Source: an uncultured Aminicenantes bacterium (lineage in GTDB: Bacteria; Acidobacteriota; Aminicenantia; UBA2199). From it: DNA of 27,344 bases. This document shows, piece after piece, positions 8,026 through 16,084 of this stretch. The position numbers were made by a program, and so were the translations under genes. Every line of letters begins with the position of its first letter. Position 1 is the first letter of the stretch. The notes under the pieces are model-generated. The model ran no database searches. It was not told where the DNA came from and worked only from the letters and a program-made list of their open reading frames with translations. The stretch spans positions 1 through 27,344 of the forward strand of contig CBDAFS010000035.1 in the NCBI GenBank assembly GCA_965195285.1, given 5' to 3'.

Positions 8026-8974
8026 TTGAAAATCCGATCCGGTCCCTCAGGGCATAAGATTCCTTATTGAATCCTTCATGATAAATTCGGGCCAGCATCT
8101 CGGCCAGCAAACCCAGGGTAATCATCTGGAAACCCACAAAAATAGCCAGAACCGTAAAAAACAGTAGCGGCCGGTTGGCGGTTTGATTTAGAAAATACTT
8201 GACATAGCTTAAATACAAACCGCTGACAAATCCGAGCATCATCATCAGCAATCCAAGACTACCAAAGATCTGCAGGGGCCGGTGCGAAAAGGACAATAAA
8301 TATTTTATTGATATCAAATCAAGAATCACCCTCATGGTTCTGCCCAGGCCGTATTTGGAATGGCCGTATTTTCGCTCCCGGTGATTAACCGGAATCTCAA
8401 TGGATTTAATTCCAATTCTGGAGGCAATGGCGGGAATATAACGGTGCATTTCACCGTAAAGTTTTAGGTTTTTTACAACCTCTCGTTTTAAACCCCTCAG
8501 GGTACAGCCATAGTCATGCAATTTGACCTTGGTAATAAAGGAAATCAATTTATTCCCCAGAAAAGAGGGGATTTTGCGGGTAAAAAATTTGTCTTTTCTT
8601 TTCCTGCGCCATCCATTCACAATATCATACCCTTCCATGAGCTTATCAATGATTTGCGGGATATCGGCCGGATCATTTTGCAGGTCGGCATCCAGGGTTA
8701 TAATTACTTCCCCCTTGGAAAAGTTGAAGCCCGCAGACATGGCGGCACTTTGACCGAAGTTTTTTCTGAAATTTAAAATCTTTACCCGCTTATCTTTCCG
8801 ATGCAGTTCCATCAACTGCTGAAAAGAGGAATCCGTGCTGCCATCATTGACAAAGATTATCTCAAAATGGTCATAGGGATGAGTGAGCGCATCGACAATC
8901 TCATGGTAGAGAATACCGACATTTTGTTCTTCATTGTAAACGGGGATGACTATCGAGATAAACATATTATCCAT
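8000..8974 (-). CDS. Glycosyltransferase family 2, polyprenol-phosphate glycosyltransferase type (ArnC/GtrB/DPM1-like)
   Basis: ISIVIPVYNEE, VNDGSTD, RKNFGQSAA, DADLQNDP, HDYGC, GEMHRYIP and two C-terminal TM helices. Confidence 0.93.
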   Translation of the reverse strand: MDNMFISIVIPVYNEEQNVGILYHEIVDALTHPYDHFEIIFVNDGSTDSSFQQLMELHRKDKRVKILNFRKNFGQSAAMSAGFNFSKGEVIITLDADLQNDPADIPQIIDKLMEGYDIVNGWRRKRKDKFFTRKIPSFLGNKLISFITKVKLHDYGCTLRGLKREVVKNLKLYGEMHRYIPAIASRIGIKSIEIPVNHRERKYGHSKYGLGRTMRVILDLISIKYLLSFSHRPLQIFGSLGLLMMMLGFVSGLYLSYVKYFLNQTANRPLLFFTVLAIFVGFQMITLGLLAEMLARIYHEGFNKESYALRDRIGFSNEDIDDCP

Positions 8975-9140
8975 TCAATTTTCTAACATATTTTCAACAT
9001 CTTTACAACCGCTATACTCTCTTTTGAAGAAAAACCATTATATATTTTTCAAGCACTTTTTTCAATAGAGATGCATCCGGTGCTAAATTGAACGAATCCT
9101 TCATTACTGGCTCCTCAATTCAAATAATGACCTGCAGGTA

Positions 9141-9169
9141 TTGTTTTTTTGTTTAAAAAATATTAATAT
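9141..9169 (+). promoter_or_regulatory. Possible sigma70 promoter for the GAF-pyrE unit
   Basis: TTGTTT (9141-9146), 17 nt, TAATAT (9164-9169); AGGAG SD before ATG 9190. AT-rich context, so it could be chance. Confidence 0.4.
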
Positions 9170-9189
9170 ATAGCTTAGCAGGAGTAGGC

Positions 9190-9744
9190 ATGAAAGAATT
9201 TGATTTGCTTATAGAAAAACTTAAAAATGATGTCCAAAAAGGACCGTCTGAAGAGAATTTAAAAAAAGTTGTCAAGCGGATTGCTGATTTCTATAAAGAA
9301 AAACTTCAGCTTATCGACGATGAAGTGGCCATATTTTTGGCCAATGAGGAAAAAACAATACTCTCCTTTGCATGTCCCGACTACTTGATCAATTCCGGAA
9401 TCATCCCTATCAGTTCGACCGATGCCATTGCTGCCCATATTTTTAGAACCGGAAGATCGGTCATGGAAAACAATTTTCAACAGCAAAAACATCTATTTAT
9501 CTTTGAAATGATCAAAACACCGGACGATAAAATAAAACCCATTTGGAAAGTCATGGGTACCATAATTGCCATCAAAGAAGAAAAAATCGGGGTAATCCAG
9601 ACCTCCAGGAGGGGAACCGATATCAGTGAGGTGGGAAGTGATTTTACTCTGCAGCATCTGGATTTTCTGGAAAAAACAACCAGTGAACTCTCGCCTCTGA
9701 TAAAAATGGTAATCCCCAAGAATTTTAGAGTCAAGCTTTCATGA
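9190..9744 (+). CDS. Stand-alone GAF-like domain protein
   Basis: 184 aa with GAF-like pattern: helix, VAIFLANE..LSF, AIAAHIFRTGRSVMENN, KVMGTII..EEKIGVIQTSR, DFTLQHLDFL. SD AGGAG; no output domain. Confidence 0.7.
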   Translation: MKEFDLLIEKLKNDVQKGPSEENLKKVVKRIADFYKEKLQLIDDEVAIFLANEEKTILSFACPDYLINSGIIPISSTDAIAAHIFRTGRSVMENNFQQQKHLFIFEMIKTPDDKIKPIWKVMGTIIAIKEEKIGVIQTSRRGTDISEVGSDFTLQHLDFLEKTTSELSPLIKMVIPKNFRVKLS

Positions 9745-10274
9745 GAGAACAACTTAAAAAAATTTTATTGCAGAAATCGGTCATCATTGGCAGGGAGTTC
9801 AAACTGTCCAGTGGAAGGACCAGCAATTTCTATGTGGATGCCCGGGTTACCACTCTGGATCCGGAGGGAGCTTTTCTGTGTGGAAAAATTTTTCTGGAAA
9901 TGCTCAAGGATTTCAAAATAGACGCCATCGGAGGATATTCTATCGGAGCCGACCCGATCGTATCATCGATAGCAGTTTTAAGTTATCTGGAAAAACGCCC
10001 CATACCCGCTTTTATCATCAGGAAGGATGAAAAATCCCACGGCACCCGGAAATCCATTGAAGGCAATATTCCTCTCAACGGTCGGGTGGTGTTGTTTGAT
10101 GATGTGGTCACTTCCGGAAGTTCAATCCTGAAAGGAGTTGTACAGGTGGAGGCCAGGGGTTGTACGGTAGAAGCAGTTATGGCCGTGATTGACCGAGAAG
10201 AGGGAGGCCGGAGAGAAATCGAGGCCAGTGGGCATGCGTTCTTTTCAATCTTTACCAAAAGTGATTTGATTTAA
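9741..10274 (+). CDS. pyrE: Orotate phosphoribosyltransferase
   Basis: FKLSSGRTSNFYVD, IIRKDEKSHG loop, PRPP-binding motif VVLFDDVVTSGSS, VIDREEGG; ATGA overlap with the GAF gene. Confidence 0.96.
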   Translation: MREQLKKILLQKSVIIGREFKLSSGRTSNFYVDARVTTLDPEGAFLCGKIFLEMLKDFKIDAIGGYSIGADPIVSSIAVLSYLEKRPIPAFIIRKDEKSHGTRKSIEGNIPLNGRVVLFDDVVTSGSSILKGVVQVEARGCTVEAVMAVIDREEGGRREIEASGHAFFSIFTKSDLI

Positions 10275-10301
10275 ACCGGGATTCGTCGGTATTGATTCCC
10301 T

Positions 10302-11291
10302 TTAACCCGGAACAAATCGATTGACGATTTCCAATATTTTTCTCTGGATTCCCGGAATAGTGGCCAGTATTCCCGAGTTACTTTTCAGGGTTTTGCCCTG
10401 CGAAAAATCGAGTTTTTTTCCATATATGTCTGTGACCACACCACCGGATTCTTCAACAATCAAACTGCCAGCAGCATGATCCCAGATTTTCTCTTTATAA
10501 TCAGGGGTTCGTGGATTGGGAATCCGCAGATAAATTTCTGCGTTCCCCGATGCCACCAGCCCGTATTTGACCTGACTGTCCATCTGCAGGGGAGGCCTTT
10601 TTATCTTTAATATGCCAGCAATCCTGTTCTGCAGCCGGGTATCACTATGTTCGGACACATAGCTCTCCACAAACCTCATTTCCTCTGGATTCGTTTTACT
10701 TGAAGCACTTACGCTTTCTGAAGGAACCCCGTTCAGGTCCTGAATCTCTGTTCCCTTCCCCTTTACGGCATAGAAAAGATACCCTTCCCGACCATTCTGG
10801 TTTTCCAGGATTAGATTCGGGCATCCCAGAATTCCCATTATGACTTCTCCATCCCTGATCAGCCCCAAAGCAACAGCAAATTGCTCACCCCTTAAAAAAC
10901 CTTTGGTGCCATCAATCGGATCCAGGGTCCAGAATAAATGTGATGGTGAACCAACACCCAGATCAATACTTTCAAATAAATTATCTTCGTCAATGGTACC
11001 GCTTAACACCTCATTATTTTCTATAAAGCCAATTATTCTTTCCAGAATAGGGCGGTTCTCGTCTCTCTTCAGTTCCCTGGAGTCTTCTTCAGCCACAATA
11101 GGAATATCGGGAAAATTCTGGTGAAGGATTCGACAGATCAAGGCCTGGGATAAAAAATCAGCAATGGTCACCGGGCTCCGGTCAGATTTGGAAAAATGAT
11201 CCCGTGAGGTCAATTCCTGTTGAACCAGACGAATCAATCGGCCAGCCATCATCACGACTTTTTTACCTGTTTCGAGCTCCTTTTCAAACAT
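10302..11291 (-). CDS. 3'(2'),5'-bisphosphate nucleotidase (PAP phosphatase), HAL2/SAL1/Met22-like, inositol monophosphatase superfamily
   Basis: KSDRSPVTIAD, IVAEED, WTLDPIDGTKGFLRGEQFAV, LGCPNL, MDSQVKY, YKEKIWDHAAG, LDFSQG; SD AGGAG. Confidence 0.92.
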   Translation of the reverse strand: MFEKELETGKKVVMMAGRLIRLVQQELTSRDHFSKSDRSPVTIADFLSQALICRILHQNFPDIPIVAEEDSRELKRDENRPILERIIGFIENNEVLSGTIDEDNLFESIDLGVGSPSHLFWTLDPIDGTKGFLRGEQFAVALGLIRDGEVIMGILGCPNLILENQNGREGYLFYAVKGKGTEIQDLNGVPSESVSASSKTNPEEMRFVESYVSEHSDTRLQNRIAGILKIKRPPLQMDSQVKYGLVASGNAEIYLRIPNPRTPDYKEKIWDHAAGSLIVEESGGVVTDIYGKKLDFSQGKTLKSNSGILATIPGIQRKILEIVNRFVPG

Positions 11292-11311
11292 GGTTTCTCC
11301 TAAGGGAATAT

Positions 11312-11340
11312 ATTATGGAATGTTATCCGGCTTCTGTCAA
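11312..11340 (-). promoter_or_regulatory. Near-consensus sigma70 promoter for the PAP phosphatase
   Basis: Minus strand: TTGACA (11340-11335), 17 nt, CATAAT (11317-11312). Confidence 0.8.
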
Positions 11341-11363
11341 CCGGAAAACCATGGCGAAGGGTT

Positions 11364-13010
11364 TTACAAAAATTCTCTCCGGGCCCAAAGCCGCTGACTT
11401 TTTCCATACAACCATTTCCCCGCCACCAGATTCAGAATGACAAAACCGAAAAACCACATGAATATCTCTAAGTAAGGAATGGCTCTCATCCGGTATAGGT
11501 TATAGTAAAATAAAAACAGGGGCCGGGCAAAATAGATCATACCCATCACAATCATCAGCAGGCTCCATAACATGTATGATATCCCCGCCTTGGATACGAT
11601 GAGGTGCTGAGGAGTTATGGGAGTGGGCCGATTGATTTGCAATCCGAAAAAAACCGCCATAACCGATAACAAGACCAGTATTGGAATCAAGAAAAACAAT
11701 GCGGCTACCCGGATAAAGGGATCAATTTTCAGGCTGATATCACCGGTATAAAACAGGGCGAATCCAATCAAGACCTGGGGAATGGCAAAAAAAAGAAGTT
11801 TAAATTCAAGAAATTTCTTTCTTGGAAAGGGAGAAGCCAGAACATGGACAATGCCAGGACCCTCCATGGAAATGGTCGTAAAAGTAAAGCGTGAATTCAA
11901 TCCGGCAATGATAAAGGCGGACATACCCAGGTTTAAATAAACGATAATGTTTTTTACCGCCGGATGGGGCGACGGGATAGATTTCATATTCAAAATAAAC
12001 ACCATGACCATGGCGGCAATAATCAAGAGCTGAGACCATTGGGATGATGTTCTGATGAAGGTTTTGATTTCTTTTTTCCACAGGACACCGAAATTACCGG
12101 TCAAAAATCGCTTTCTCCAGCCAGATCGAACCCCACCCAGGGATGATTCATTTAACCGGTCGATTAATTTCAGATAGTAACGCTTTTGAAAAAAATAAAG
12201 CATGACTGACAGTAAGCACAGCAGCGCCAAAAACAAACCGACTGCTCTTAGAAAACCGGAGTTATTATCCCTGGAAACAAAAGTGATCCCTTTGGCCACC
12301 CAGCTGAAGGGGAAATAGGAAAAAAATCCCAGCTTCAGACCGGACATGTATTCCATCAGATTTTCAATGGATTCAGGCTTGAGTAATTGTTCCGGCCGAA
12401 GCAATCTCAAAAAAATAACAATTATGGAGATCAGCCCAATCGATACCAGGGAGAGAACCGGTTGCAACCTCCTCACCGAGAAAAAAGAAGGAATGATCAT
12501 CCCCAGGAGGATACCGAATAGAACTCCACTGAGTACATAAAGGGAAAAAATGAAAACAACACCCAAAATATCATGCCATCGCGGAGCAAAATAAAAACAA
12601 TAGGAATAAAGAACCGGCAGGGCAAAAAAGATCACCATGGAAGCGCTGGTGAAGGCAGTTTCGATGGCCTTCCAGATAAAGATTGAACTTGTCCTGATCG
12701 GTGAGGCCAACAGCAGTTTTAAATCCCGGGAAAGGAAAAATATATTCAAAGCGGAAACCAAGGCTGAAAGAATTAACATCAAAAACAGGGTGAGAAACAC
12801 CATCATCAGAATTTTTTCACTTAAAAACAGTTTAAAGGCCAATGGAAACTCATCCTGTTCATATAAAAACTCAAAAATTCGGATGAAAAAAAATCCAATT
12901 AAAAAAAGTATGGACAGTCCCAATAGAAGAAAAAGTAGATATTTTCGCTTTCCAGACTGCCGAACCGTGTTGCGAAGTTGATTGAATTTAACTCTAACCA
13001 GACTGATCAT
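11364..13010 (-). CDS. Large ABC exporter permease, about 12-14 TM with a duplicated ABC-2-like architecture
   Basis: 548 aa, hydrophobic; two related motifs FFLSRDLKLLLASPI and ISMEGPGIVHVLASPF; WKKEIKTFIR hinge; overlaps the upstream ATPase by 17 nt. Confidence 0.85.
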   Translation of the reverse strand: MISLVRVKFNQLRNTVRQSGKRKYLLFLLLGLSILFLIGFFFIRIFEFLYEQDEFPLAFKLFLSEKILMMVFLTLFLMLILSALVSALNIFFLSRDLKLLLASPIRTSSIFIWKAIETAFTSASMVIFFALPVLYSYCFYFAPRWHDILGVVFIFSLYVLSGVLFGILLGMIIPSFFSVRRLQPVLSLVSIGLISIIVIFLRLLRPEQLLKPESIENLMEYMSGLKLGFFSYFPFSWVAKGITFVSRDNNSGFLRAVGLFLALLCLLSVMLYFFQKRYYLKLIDRLNESSLGGVRSGWRKRFLTGNFGVLWKKEIKTFIRTSSQWSQLLIIAAMVMVFILNMKSIPSPHPAVKNIIVYLNLGMSAFIIAGLNSRFTFTTISMEGPGIVHVLASPFPRKKFLEFKLLFFAIPQVLIGFALFYTGDISLKIDPFIRVAALFFLIPILVLLSVMAVFFGLQINRPTPITPQHLIVSKAGISYMLWSLLMIVMGMIYFARPLFLFYYNLYRMRAIPYLEIFMWFFGFVILNLVAGKWLYGKSQRLWARREFL

Positions 13011-13734
13011 ATTTCATAACGGTCTTAAAATAAAAATCTTCCAGGCTCTCCTGAGCGGAAAGATTAATCAGTTCCTCAATGCTGCCTTCAACAACGATTT
13101 TTCCGTTTATAATGATACCAATACGGCTGCTGATTTCCTGAGCCAGGGATAGAATATGAGTAGCAAAAATGGCAATCATCCCTGCATTACAGGTTTCCCG
13201 GAGCAATAATTTGAACTTTCTGCCTACTATCGGATCAATAGAAACCAGGGGCTCATCCAAGAGTAATATTTTGGGTTCCACCATCAGGGCCTGGGAAATG
13301 ACCAGTTTCTGCCGGGTACCTGCCGAATAGCTTTCCACCAGCTCTTTTCTATAAGATTCAAACTCAAAATATTTAAAATAGTAATCAAACTTGCTTTCCC
13401 GGTCCCGGGTGGGTATGCTATAAAGGTCTGCAAAAAAATGCATGTGTTCCTCTCCGGTCAACTTGGAATACAAAAAAGGTTCATCCGGCACATAGGCAAT
13501 CATTCGCTTCAACTGGGTTGACTCCCAGTTATAGGGCTTGCCGTCAATCATGATTTCACCGCCATCTGATGAGATCAAACCGGCCAGAATTTTCAGGGTA
13601 GTGGTCTTACCAGCCCCATTGGGTCCCAGCAATCCGTATATTTCCCCCCTGCTCAGCTTAAACCGTAACCCCTGGAGGGCATAACGCTGTTTATATTTTT
13701 TTTTTATTTCACAAAGCTCAAGCATCGCCTTCAT
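12994..13734 (-). CDS. ABC transporter ATP-binding protein
   Basis: Walker A GPNGAGKTT, signature YSAGTRQK, Walker B ILLLDEP, H-loop ATH. Confidence 0.94.
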   Translation of the reverse strand: MKAMLELCEIKKKYKQRYALQGLRFKLSRGEIYGLLGPNGAGKTTTLKILAGLISSDGGEIMIDGKPYNWESTQLKRMIAYVPDEPFLYSKLTGEEHMHFFADLYSIPTRDRESKFDYYFKYFEFESYRKELVESYSAGTRQKLVISQALMVEPKILLLDEPLVSIDPIVGRKFKLLLRETCNAGMIAIFATHILSLAQEISSRIGIIINGKIVVEGSIEELINLSAQESLEDFYFKTVMKYDQSG

Positions 13735-13752
13735 AACTCGGGAGTAACCTAC

Positions 13753-13782
13753 AACATATCACAGGCTTGAAGAAATTGTCAA
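13753..13782 (-). promoter_or_regulatory. Probable sigma70 promoter for the two-gene ABC exporter
   Basis: Minus strand: TTGACA (13782-13777), 18 nt, TATGTT (13758-13753) with a TGn extended -10. Confidence 0.55.
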
Positions 13783-13849
13783 ATCAATAACTACCGTATC
13801 TACAATACAAACGTACTAACCAAAAAACCCAAAACCTCGTATTAACTTC

Positions 13850-15466
13850 ATGAAGGTGTCAAGAAAATACTGTTTTTTATTGACTCTACTATTAATTTTG
13901 ATTTTTTCAGGACGCCTGAGTAGCCAGGATGAAGATAATATCAGAGAAGAGGTTCGGGTAACCAATATTGAAGTGCCTGTCAGGGTGTACTACCAGGGCC
14001 AGCCAGTGGAAAATCTGACCCGGGACGATTTTAAACTCTACGAAGGGAAAAAATCACAATCCATAAACGGATTTTATCTCAAAAAACGAAAAATCAGGGT
14101 TCCATATCTCAATCAATCCCAGCAGGACCCGATCCCAGCATCATCCAAATCACGGCTGTTTATCCTGGTCTTCCGTCTTGCTCAATATAACTCTAATTTT
14201 AAGAAGGGCATCGCTTATCTGTTTGGTCACATTTTAAAAGAACGGGACCAGATCTTTGCTTTTGTGAATGACACCACAATCATTCTCAACAATCCTACTC
14301 TGAAAACCAGCAGGGCCCAACTTGAAGCGACATTGTTACAGGAGAGTATCAAAGCAAATCACCGATTGACCGGATACTTTAATAAAATCCAGCGCAGCCT
14401 TGAGTTTACCAAAACCGAGCTTGAGATGAGGGCCCAGGCTGAGGCCAATGTGCCCGTTGACACCCGGCCTGCTCAGATTATCTCCTTTTTAAAATATTAC
14501 CTTTCGACCTGGAAGGAATACAAAAAGCGATATCTATTACCTGATATCAACAAATTTTACAGTTTCACCAATTTTTTGACCAAAATCAACAAAGAGAAAT
14601 GGGTTATAAATTTCTATCAGGTTGAGCTGTTTCCCAAAATGAAACTCACCGGCGATTTGAGGCAGCAGATCGAACTGATTACCAACCAGATGCTGAGCAC
14701 CGATGGGGAAGGAGTTCAGTATGCCAGAATGATTCTTACCCTGCTAAGAGAAATCGAGCTAGAGCTGAACGTGGCCCGTGATTTCGATGCAGATGAAATC
14801 ACTAAATTCTTCTATAAGACTGATGCCACCTGTCACTCAATATTTTCCTGGATCCGAAAAGAAACCGGTTCCCCAGACCTGGAATTCGGTACTATTTCAA
14901 CGGATATTGAAAACAGTCTGCGAGAAATCACCTCAAAGACCGGGGGGGCATTGATCTCCTCAAATGATCTGAAGTCCGCTTTAGATTCCATTGCCCAAAA
15001 GGAAGATACCTTCTACATGCTGACCTTTGCTCCCACTGACCACCGCAAAACCGGAAAGATAAAAGTCGTAGTCAAAAATAAAAAATACCAGGTTATATAT
15101 GACAACAATATTCGAGCAGACTATATCCGAGAATATCTCATCAAAAAGGAAGCAACTATTCCGGCCATCAGTATTAATTCCATCTCTTTCAAAAACAGGC
15201 AACTATCTCTATCCATCAGTAATTATATTCTTCAACCAAATGGTTCTGAAAAGAGTGGTCGGGTCATGATCCGGGTTTGGATCATGGATGAGTTGAATAA
15301 AAACGTATACGATAAAAGCAAATATTTTGCGCCCCTTCTTCAATCAATGACCATTTCCATAAATTTCAACTGGCTAAAACTGGGGAAATACAGCATATTT
15401 GTAGACACTACCGATATTGCCACCGGTAAGAACAGCCTGAATTTTCTCCAACCACAAATTCGTTAA
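13850..15466 (+). CDS. Secreted protein related to the Acidobacterial VWA-domain family, with a C-terminal beta-rich domain
   Basis: Signal peptide; EEVRVTNIEVPVRV...PVENLTRDDFKLYE, LREITSKTGG and YMLTFAP match hallmarks of VWFA-related Acidobacterial proteins; no DxSxS motif visible. Confidence 0.7.
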   Translation: MKVSRKYCFLLTLLLILIFSGRLSSQDEDNIREEVRVTNIEVPVRVYYQGQPVENLTRDDFKLYEGKKSQSINGFYLKKRKIRVPYLNQSQQDPIPASSKSRLFILVFRLAQYNSNFKKGIAYLFGHILKERDQIFAFVNDTTIILNNPTLKTSRAQLEATLLQESIKANHRLTGYFNKIQRSLEFTKTELEMRAQAEANVPVDTRPAQIISFLKYYLSTWKEYKKRYLLPDINKFYSFTNFLTKINKEKWVINFYQVELFPKMKLTGDLRQQIELITNQMLSTDGEGVQYARMILTLLREIELELNVARDFDADEITKFFYKTDATCHSIFSWIRKETGSPDLEFGTISTDIENSLREITSKTGGALISSNDLKSALDSIAQKEDTFYMLTFAPTDHRKTGKIKVVVKNKKYQVIYDNNIRADYIREYLIKKEATIPAISINSISFKNRQLSLSISNYILQPNGSEKSGRVMIRVWIMDELNKNVYDKSKYFAPLLQSMTISINFNWLKLGKYSIFVDTTDIATGKNSLNFLQPQIR

Positions 15467-15545
15467 TAGCCATTTCCAGGTCCTATTGATCATCAGAAAA
15501 ATCGAACAGCCGGTTAAATCAATAAATACCCCTCTATTTTCCCAG

Positions 15546-15573
15546 TTGAAAAAATTTTCTAAATATATATAAT
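15546..15573 (+). promoter_or_regulatory. Sigma70 promoter, probably producing a leaderless mRNA
   Basis: TTGAAA (15546-15551), 16 nt, TATAAT (15568-15573); ATG follows 7 nt later with no SD. Confidence 0.6.
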
Positions 15574-15580
15574 TTATTCA

Positions 15581-16033
15581 ATGATCAATAGCAAGAAAAA
15601 AAAAATCGAGATTTCTTTTCAAAAACTGAAAGAAGCATTCAATTTCAGTTCGGATGACGTCACCCATTATCTGAATATCAAAAAGGGAAGTATCGCCATG
15701 CATAGTAATTTCAGCGGTGCCTTTGATGAGGATGGAAATGAAATTTGTGAACCCAATCCGTTTTATAAAAATATATATGTTGAAATCCCCGGTATTTTAT
15801 ATTACGAAGCCTACCGGGATATGGAAAGATTTGCAGAACAGGTCAAAGACGAAAATATTCGGAAAAAACTAAAAAAAGCCATTAACAATAAAGGCGCCTT
15901 TCGACTTTTCACCTATGTGTTAATGGATTACCCGGAAGAGCGGGAAAACTGGTTTAAGTTTCAGGAAGAATGCGTGCGCAACCGTATTTTCGACTGGCTG
16001 GAGGAAAACAACCTGGAACTGGAAGAGCCCTGA
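15581..16033 (+). CDS. UPF0158 family protein
   Basis: HYLNIKKG, AYRDMERFAEQVKD..IRKKL..AI..KGAFR.F..VL..YPEERENWFKF...DWLEEN pattern. Confidence 0.85.
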   Translation: MINSKKKKIEISFQKLKEAFNFSSDDVTHYLNIKKGSIAMHSNFSGAFDEDGNEICEPNPFYKNIYVEIPGILYYEAYRDMERFAEQVKDENIRKKLKKAINNKGAFRLFTYVLMDYPEERENWFKFQEECVRNRIFDWLEENNLELEEP

Positions 16034-16049
16034 TCCCAGCGGTCTTTTA

Positions 16050-16078
16050 TTGCTTTTTTATCTGCTTTTTGTTACCAT
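16050..16078 (+). promoter_or_regulatory. Sigma70 promoter with extended -10, probably producing a leaderless mRNA
   Basis: TTGCTT (16050-16055), 17 nt, TACCAT (16073-16078) preceded by TGT; ATG follows 6 nt later. Confidence 0.6.
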
Positions 16079-16084
16079 ATAGGC

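Noticed and set aside
8975-9189. Search for a PyrR attenuator, riboswitch or sRNA in the largest intergenic region
   Set aside because: No recognisable conserved motif or stable hairpin; best explained as divergent promoters.
10275-10301. Possible bidirectional terminator between pyrE and the PAP phosphatase (GGGATTC...GATTCCC)
   Set aside because: The stem is short and mismatched with weak U tracts; not supportable.
13696-15605. 10-nt A/T homopolymers near the 5' ends of the ABC ATPase (13696-13705) and UPF0158 (15596-15605); also T9 at 3059-3067 and C8 at 5221-5228
   Set aside because: All reading frames are intact and the runs encode Lys or Gly stretches in a genome rich in A runs. There is no evidence of phase variation without read-level data.
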